Below are positions 58,929 to 64,000 of a DNA stretch of 64,000 nucleotides, piece after piece; position 1 is the stretch's first letter; every line of letters begins with the position of its first letter. Source of the DNA: an uncultured Bacteriovoracaceae bacterium. GTDB lineage: Bacteria; Bdellovibrionota; Bacteriovoracia; Bacteriovoracales; Bacteriovoracaceae. The translations under genes were made by a program, and so were the position numbers. The stretch is taken from NCBI GenBank assembly GCA_964012805.1, contig CAXGUD010000022.1, positions 1-64,000 of the forward strand. Direction: 5' to 3'. The notes under the pieces were generated by a model. The model saw only the letters and a program-made list of their open reading frames with translations, searched no databases and had not been told where the DNA came from.

Positions 58929-59894
58929 TTAAATCATCGCCTGACCTATTTTAAAAGCAATTTCATGACCATTTAATTTATCCATTTTTCCTTCGTACGT
59001 TAGGATAATTCTATGGCCCATTACACCAGGTATAGACTTGAGAACATGCTCAGGAGTTACAAACTCTTTTCCTTCAATAAACGCAAAGTATTTCGATAGT
59101 CTCAATAACCAAATCGATGCTCTCGGTGATACACCCGCCTGAATCGCTCCTCTAAACTCTTTGAAAAAATCTTTTGACTCAGGCCTTGTTGCTTGACAAA
59201 CTTTTACGATAAATTGTTTTATTTTATCATCTACAAAAATCGCTTCACTTTTTTCTTGAGCCTCTAAAAGATCATCAGTAGAAAGAACAGAGTAAATTTC
59301 ATTTAAAGAATCCTTTCCTTGATCTAAAATTTTAATTTCATCTTCTTCGTTAGGATAATTTACCTTTAACTTCATCATGAAACGATCCATTTGGGCTTCA
59401 GGAAGTTGATAAGTACCATCATGATCAATTGGGTTTTGAGTTGCTAATACAACAAAAGGATGAAGTAGTTTATGTGTTTCTTCTCCAATTGTCACTTGAT
59501 ATTCACCCATAGCTTCTAAAAGAGCACTTTGAACTTTTGCAGGTGATCTATTTATTTCGTCCGCTAATAATATTTGAGTAAAAACAGGTCCAAACCTAGT
59601 CGAAAAATTTTCGTTTTTTTGACTATAAATTAATGTTCCAATTAAATCACTTGGCAATAAATCGGGTGTAAATTGAATTCTTCTAAAAGCTAAATCACAA
59701 AGTTTACTCATCACTCTACAACTTAACGTTTTACCTAAACCAGGCATTCCTTCAATTAACAAATGTCCTTCACAAACAAGGGCAGCTAAAATAGATTCAA
59801 TTAATTCGTTCTGACCACATATTATAGTTTTAGCTTTTTGACTAGCTTCATTTAATAATTCGGATATATTATTATTTGAATCTTCATCATTCAT
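58929..59894 (-). CDS. moxR: MoxR-family AAA+ ATPase
   Basis: GMPGLGKT, RIQFTPDLLPSD, DEINRSPAKVQSALLE, ATQNP. Confidence 0.96.
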   Translation of the reverse strand: MNDEDSNNNISELLNEASQKAKTIICGQNELIESILAALVCEGHLLIEGMPGLGKTLSCRVMSKLCDLAFRRIQFTPDLLPSDLIGTLIYSQKNENFSTRFGPVFTQILLADEINRSPAKVQSALLEAMGEYQVTIGEETHKLLHPFVVLATQNPIDHDGTYQLPEAQMDRFMMKLKVNYPNEEDEIKILDQGKDSLNEIYSVLSTDDLLEAQEKSEAIFVDDKIKQFIVKVCQATRPESKDFFKEFRGAIQAGVSPRASIWLLRLSKYFAFIEGKEFVTPEHVLKSIPGVMGHRIILTYEGKMDKLNGHEIAFKIGQAMI

Positions 59895-60697
59895 TTTTTG
59901 TCCTTATTTAAACTATCAAAATGGCTTTTTGCTATTCCTTTGTTAATTTTATAGTTTTTGAAAAAATAAAACTTTTTAAAACTATGTTCCTTCACCTTCT
60001 TGCTATTAGATCTTAATTTTGTCTTAATTACTTCTGTAATTTCAATTTTTGTAGGAAGGGTACTTTCACTAATTTTGTTGTAGGAATAAGATGTATTTTT
60101 GAAATAATTATCTTTATAAGCTGAATTACTTTCCCGCCTAGATACCATTAAATATTTTTCATTATTTTTTTTATATTTATAATCTTCTATAATTTTATTT
60201 AGAGGAAAAAATGATTGAATTTTTTTAATCAATCCATTTTCATTCAATTCAATAATTACCTTACGTCTATTAAGGTTATTATTAACTGCAACTAGTATTT
60301 TTTTTGTTTTCTTTATATCATAAACTTTCTTTAATTCTTTTAATTTATCAGATGGAAACAATATTTTTAAATTTTCTAATGTCTGAAGTTTCAATCTTTT
60401 TTCTATTCCCTTTTTTCCTTTAGGTAACCCACTAAATGCAATATCAAAACTTCCATCTCTCAACCAATATACTTTTATTTTGAAATCCTTTAAACTTTTC
60501 AAAGGATAGTAAGCTTCCAGATTTTTTCTAATCTCACTAACTTCAAATTCAAATGATAAATCTTTTATCTTTGTTTGACTCTGAATATTGAATAATTTTT
60601 GAAAACCAACTCCATACACTGATTTGACAATAAAGAAGTATAGAAAAATATAAACTAAAGAAAATGAAAAAAATTTTCCTGTTAATTTTCTCGACAT
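59891..60697 (-). CDS. Exported hypothetical protein
   Basis: Signal-like N-terminus; overlaps the moxR start (ATGA). Confidence 0.65.
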   Translation of the reverse strand: MSRKLTGKFFSFSLVYIFLYFFIVKSVYGVGFQKLFNIQSQTKIKDLSFEFEVSEIRKNLEAYYPLKSLKDFKIKVYWLRDGSFDIAFSGLPKGKKGIEKRLKLQTLENLKILFPSDKLKELKKVYDIKKTKKILVAVNNNLNRRKVIIELNENGLIKKIQSFFPLNKIIEDYKYKKNNEKYLMVSRRESNSAYKDNYFKNTSYSYNKISESTLPTKIEITEVIKTKLRSNSKKVKEHSFKKFYFFKNYKINKGIAKSHFDSLNKDKK

Positions 60698-60759
60698 GAG
60701 ACAAGCCTCTTTTTAAGCATCATACTCCATGGGATACTTTATCAAACTTGTAACCGATT

Positions 60760-62157
60760 TCAATTCTTTGAAATTATTTCCCTCCAATTTATATTATATT
60801 TAACATCTCTGTATTTTTCATTTTTTAAAGTAACAGACCCTGGTTTACCCTTTAAACCTTTTAAATTTTTTACCTGAGTGAATACTAGTGGTATAACCTG
60901 TATTGACAAATTTGATTTGTCTCTTATTAATGACCCGATTACCTCAAAATATTCATTCGTTATATCTGATAAGTTTTCTATCTTTACTATACAATGACAT
61001 GATTTAAAATTTTCTAAATGGAACCAAAAGTCATTCTTCTTTGCAAACAACCTTCTTAAGTTGTCATTACCATGAGAGCTTAATCCTACTCCAAGTCTAA
61101 TTTTATTATCTAAAATATATTCATCAAATCCTAGGTCACTAGATTTTTTTGTCTCTTTTAATTTTTCATGCTTCATTTTCCAGAAAGGTTTTATAACTTT
61201 TTCTCGGCTTACACTTATTTTATCCTGTGTAAGATGCACGTTAGATAACTCATTCTCACATTCAGATTTTCTATTCAAAAGTATTTCTCTTCCTTTTTTA
61301 AATCTTTTTATCTTTTCAAATAATAAATCTCTTTTTTTAAAAAAGCTCCAGTCCTTTTCAAACTTAATCTTTTTCCCACAAAGAATAAAAAAATCTTTCC
61401 CATCTAAGTTTACTTCAAGTTCTTTTAAAGAAGATTCAATTAATGAAATGTTGTCTAATTTTTTTATATCCTCATTAATTCTGTTAATTTTCTTTTCTAA
61501 AAACTTAATTCTTTTAATCTTTAATCTTTCGAAAATTTTATTATCGTTTCGATTAAAATAAGAATCTATTCTATCCATCGCATTTATTGATAAGCCAATA
61601 TTGTTGTCCTGGCTTTTCAATAGATCCTTTCTACCGATACTATCCAATTTTTTTTTTGCAAAATCATATAGTTCTATAAAATCCTGTGAAATTTTTTTTC
61701 CTATTTTTTCTTTTTTTCCAACCCATGAATTGAAAATAAAATAATTATCTGCTTCTGAGTAAATATTTGAAAAAATTAAGTCCTTTCCTTTCCAAAAAAA
61801 AGAAAAACAATTTACTTTTTTATTTTTAAAATAGGGTAGATGAATTATTTTATCGAACTCATCTAATTCGATTTCTATTATATTTGAATTCCCAATATTT
61901 TTTCTTAAATACTCTAAGAATGAATCCTTTATCCTAAAATCTTTTGGAGGTTGATTTTTACCTTCCCACAAACCTTGATATGAGCTTCCTCTTCCTAAGT
62001 ATAAGTAAGTCGTTTTACCCTTAAACCTAACTACCAGACATATTAGATGAGGTGTGCTATAAATTTTTTGAATTTTACCAAATTTGGTTTCACTTTCTTT
62101 GAAATTTTCATTATATTGGCTTGTACTTAACTTTAATTCATTATAATTTTGTTTCAT
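60760..62157 (-). CDS. NFACT-family protein (RqcH/FbpA-like)
   Basis: N-terminal GKIQKI; C-terminal NFACT-R pattern VGLSSHGNDNL...DFWFHL...SCHCIV; central coiled coil. The start is placed at Met46 of the track ORF. Confidence 0.8.
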   Translation of the reverse strand: MKQNYNELKLSTSQYNENFKESETKFGKIQKIYSTPHLICLVVRFKGKTTYLYLGRGSSYQGLWEGKNQPPKDFRIKDSFLEYLRKNIGNSNIIEIELDEFDKIIHLPYFKNKKVNCFSFFWKGKDLIFSNIYSEADNYFIFNSWVGKKEKIGKKISQDFIELYDFAKKKLDSIGRKDLLKSQDNNIGLSINAMDRIDSYFNRNDNKIFERLKIKRIKFLEKKINRINEDIKKLDNISLIESSLKELEVNLDGKDFFILCGKKIKFEKDWSFFKKRDLLFEKIKRFKKGREILLNRKSECENELSNVHLTQDKISVSREKVIKPFWKMKHEKLKETKKSSDLGFDEYILDNKIRLGVGLSSHGNDNLRRLFAKKNDFWFHLENFKSCHCIVKIENLSDITNEYFEVIGSLIRDKSNLSIQVIPLVFTQVKNLKGLKGKPGSVTLKNEKYRDVKYNINWREIISKN

Positions 62158-64000
62158 GTCTAAAAATCTCTTTTCAAAAAAAAACGATTTAATTCTCAAT
62201 CTAATTGACTGGTCTCCTTTAATCAATAAACTTTCTAGGCTATTTAAATTTAATAAGAATATAGCTCGTACCGAAGTATTTTTCGATGACAATAATAAGA
62301 TTAATCAGGAAGAAGAACTTAATTCTATTTCTTTTTTTCAACCCCACCTTTTTGATTCTATCGAAAAGTTTAATCTTTTTACTAAATTTTTAAATACCAA
62401 CTTTGACCCCATTATTTCTTTAAAAAAAGTTAATAAAGATGAAATTTTAGAGCTTGCCACAATTAACTCACTGTGCAATCTTGTCGATTTTTACAAAAGT
62501 TCCACGGAAAGTATTACAAAAAACTGGAACAAAAATTACTTATTTGCTTTTCCTAAAGAAAAATTAATCCAATTATCCAAAGAACTTCTAAAACCCTTTA
62601 GGAGCTTTGTTGAACCCGATGGCAATATCTATTATGAAAGACACCCTTCACTAAAGATAATATTTTCCCAAATTAGAAATGAAGAAAAACAAATTAAAAA
62701 TAACCTTAAAAATATTCTTAACTCAGAGAAGTTTATTCATTCTTTACAGTACAACGCTTTCGACACTATTAATGATCGTTATGTTATTCCGATAAGTTCA
62801 GATAGTTATTCACACTCACTTGGGAAAATTATATCCAGGTCCGCAAGTGGTAAAACACTCCTTGTCGAACCTAATGAAATCAGTCATTTTAACGACAAAA
62901 GAATAGAGCTCATTAATTTATTAGAAAAAAAAATATTTCAAATCTCTAAAAAGTTTTGCGAAATTATTCAAAAATACACCACCGAGTTTTCTATAATATC
63001 TCAATATACATTTGAAGTTGATTTTTCTTTAGCTAAATCTTTGTTTTGCTATGAAAATAATTTTTCTAAACCAAAAAATTCAAAAATTAGCTCTATCCAA
63101 CTTGAAAGTTTCTTTCACCCCCTTATTATAGATCCTGTTAAAAATGACCTTAACTTAAAAGAAAATAAATCTGGTTTGGTAATATCGGGCCCTAATACGG
63201 GTGGAAAGACTGTTACACTAAAATCAATTGCTCTCTGTCATATTTTTTATAAATTAGGTTTCTATGTTCCCTGTCAGAATAGCTCTATTTACCCCTTCGA
63301 TGGTATTTACTACTTTTCACATGATCACCAAGATTTACAACAAGGCCTTAGTTCATTTTCCTCTGAGGTAAATAATTATATAGACCTGCTACAAGAGTTA
63401 AAAAATAATAAATCAAATATTATTTTTATCGATGAAATTTTTAACTCCACTAGCTCTGAAGAAGCTTCTAGTTTAGCTCTTAGTCTATTGGCTGAAATCG
63501 ATAAATTTCCTAACACCAAAGTTATTATTTCAACTCACCATCAATTTTTAAAAACATTTATCCATAACGACTCCAATTATATTTCATCCCATGTGGGCTT
63601 TGATTTTCAAAAAAACACTCCAAATTATAAGCTACAAATTGGTACCCCTGGTAGCTCAATGGCCCTCTCTATTTTTAGAAATATCTCAAAGCAAAAAGGT
63701 CATGACAAAGAACTTTATCTAAAAGCTAAAAATATCTTAAATAAAAAGCAAATTAGTTATGAAAACCTCTTGAATAAGCTTTCAAAACAAAAGTTAGAAT
63801 TAGAAAAACTTATTCTTGAAAATAAAAAAATAAATCAAGAACTTTTAAATCAAAAAGAATCCATAAAAGGAGTTCTTTACCTTGAAAAAGAAAAAGAAGT
63901 TTCCAAATTTAAAAGCAAAATACTTAGCATCCTTCTAAAATCAGAAAAACTCCTTGAAAAAGTTAGCAAAAAGGAAATCCTTAGTAAAAAACAACTTAAC
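62156..64000 (+). CDS. mutS2: MutS2 (partial, runs off the right edge; absent from the ORF track)
   Basis: Manual translation from ATG 62156: LIDW, DRYVIP, SASGKTLLVEP, FHPL, ISGPNTGGKT, GLSSFS, FIDEI, STHH, GTPGSS, then a coiled coil. Confidence 0.93.
   Translation, partial: MSKNLFSKKNDLILNLIDWSPLINKLSRLFKFNKNIARTEVFFDDNNKINQEEELNSISFFQPHLFDSIEKFNLFTKFLNTNFDPIISLKKVNKDEILELATINSLCNLVDFYKSSTESITKNWNKNYLFAFPKEKLIQLSKELLKPFRSFVEPDGNIYYERHPSLKIIFSQIRNEEKQIKNNLKNILNSEKFIHSLQYNAFDTINDRYVIPISSDSYSHSLGKIISRSASGKTLLVEPNEISHFNDKRIELINLLEKKIFQISKKFCEIIQKYTTEFSIISQYTFEVDFSLAKSLFCYENNFSKPKNSKISSIQLESFFHPLIIDPVKNDLNLKENKSGLVISGPNTGGKTVTLKSIALCHIFYKLGFYVPCQNSSIYPFDGIYYFSHDHQDLQQGLSSFSSEVNNYIDLLQELKNNKSNIIFIDEIFNSTSSEEASSLALSLLAEIDKFPNTKVIISTHHQFLKTFIHNDSNYISSHVGFDFQKNTPNYKLQIGTPGSSMALSIFRNISKQKGHDKELYLKAKNILNKKQISYENLLNKLSKQKLELEKLILENKKINQELLNQKESIKGVLYLEKEKEVSKFKSKILSILLKSEKLLEKVSKKEILSKKQLN

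Noticed and set aside
62158..62292. 45-aa N-terminal extension of the NFACT ORF in the track
   Set aside because: It is antisense to the mutS2 N-terminus, has a TTG start, and NFACT-like sequence begins only after Met46.
1..64000. CRISPR arrays, tRNA/rRNA, transposases, integrases, prophage or defence systems
   Set aside because: No repeat-spacer periodicity, cloverleaf or relevant protein motifs were seen. Similarity between the two flagellins is ordinary paralogy.

Overview
This is an AT-rich core-genome segment, most likely from a predatory Bdellovibrionota (Bacteriovoracaceae/Halobacteriovorax-like) bacterium; the lineage is inferred from gene content and order only. From left to right it holds two Flp/Tad-type pilins, an unannotated 6S RNA, an RmlD-like reductase, two short flagellins, a GNAT, a UbiB/ABC1 kinase, greA-recG, a RelA/SpoT-fold TIGR04552-like protein, pgpA-recA-recX, an orphan OppA-type lipoprotein, a stand-alone HisKA-like peptide, fadD, rpoZ, lon and rplM-rpsI. 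A long minus-strand block follows, in transcription order: NFACT/RqcH, MoxR-DUF58-BatABD, ribF, aroE, pilBTCA, (inverted pilG-like), pilHID, pilMNOPQ, TPR, aroQ, efp, accBC, SgmX-like TPR, tamB, tamA. A mutS2 missing from the ORF track runs off the right edge. No rRNA, tRNA, CRISPR array or mobile element was seen. The best leads are: (1) mutS2 and rqcH, two ribosome-quality-control genes, diverge from one shared CATG, so their start codons overlap; (2) recX appears to start at ATT behind a hairpin; (3) sigma28 promoters precede a flagellin (with a T11 spacer), pilB and both Flp pilins, while pilSR is absent; (4) the second flagellin has a structured leader with GGA-loop hairpins and an in-frame 5-codon uORF; (5) pilG is inverted. 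All calls come from reading motifs by eye; no database searches were run.
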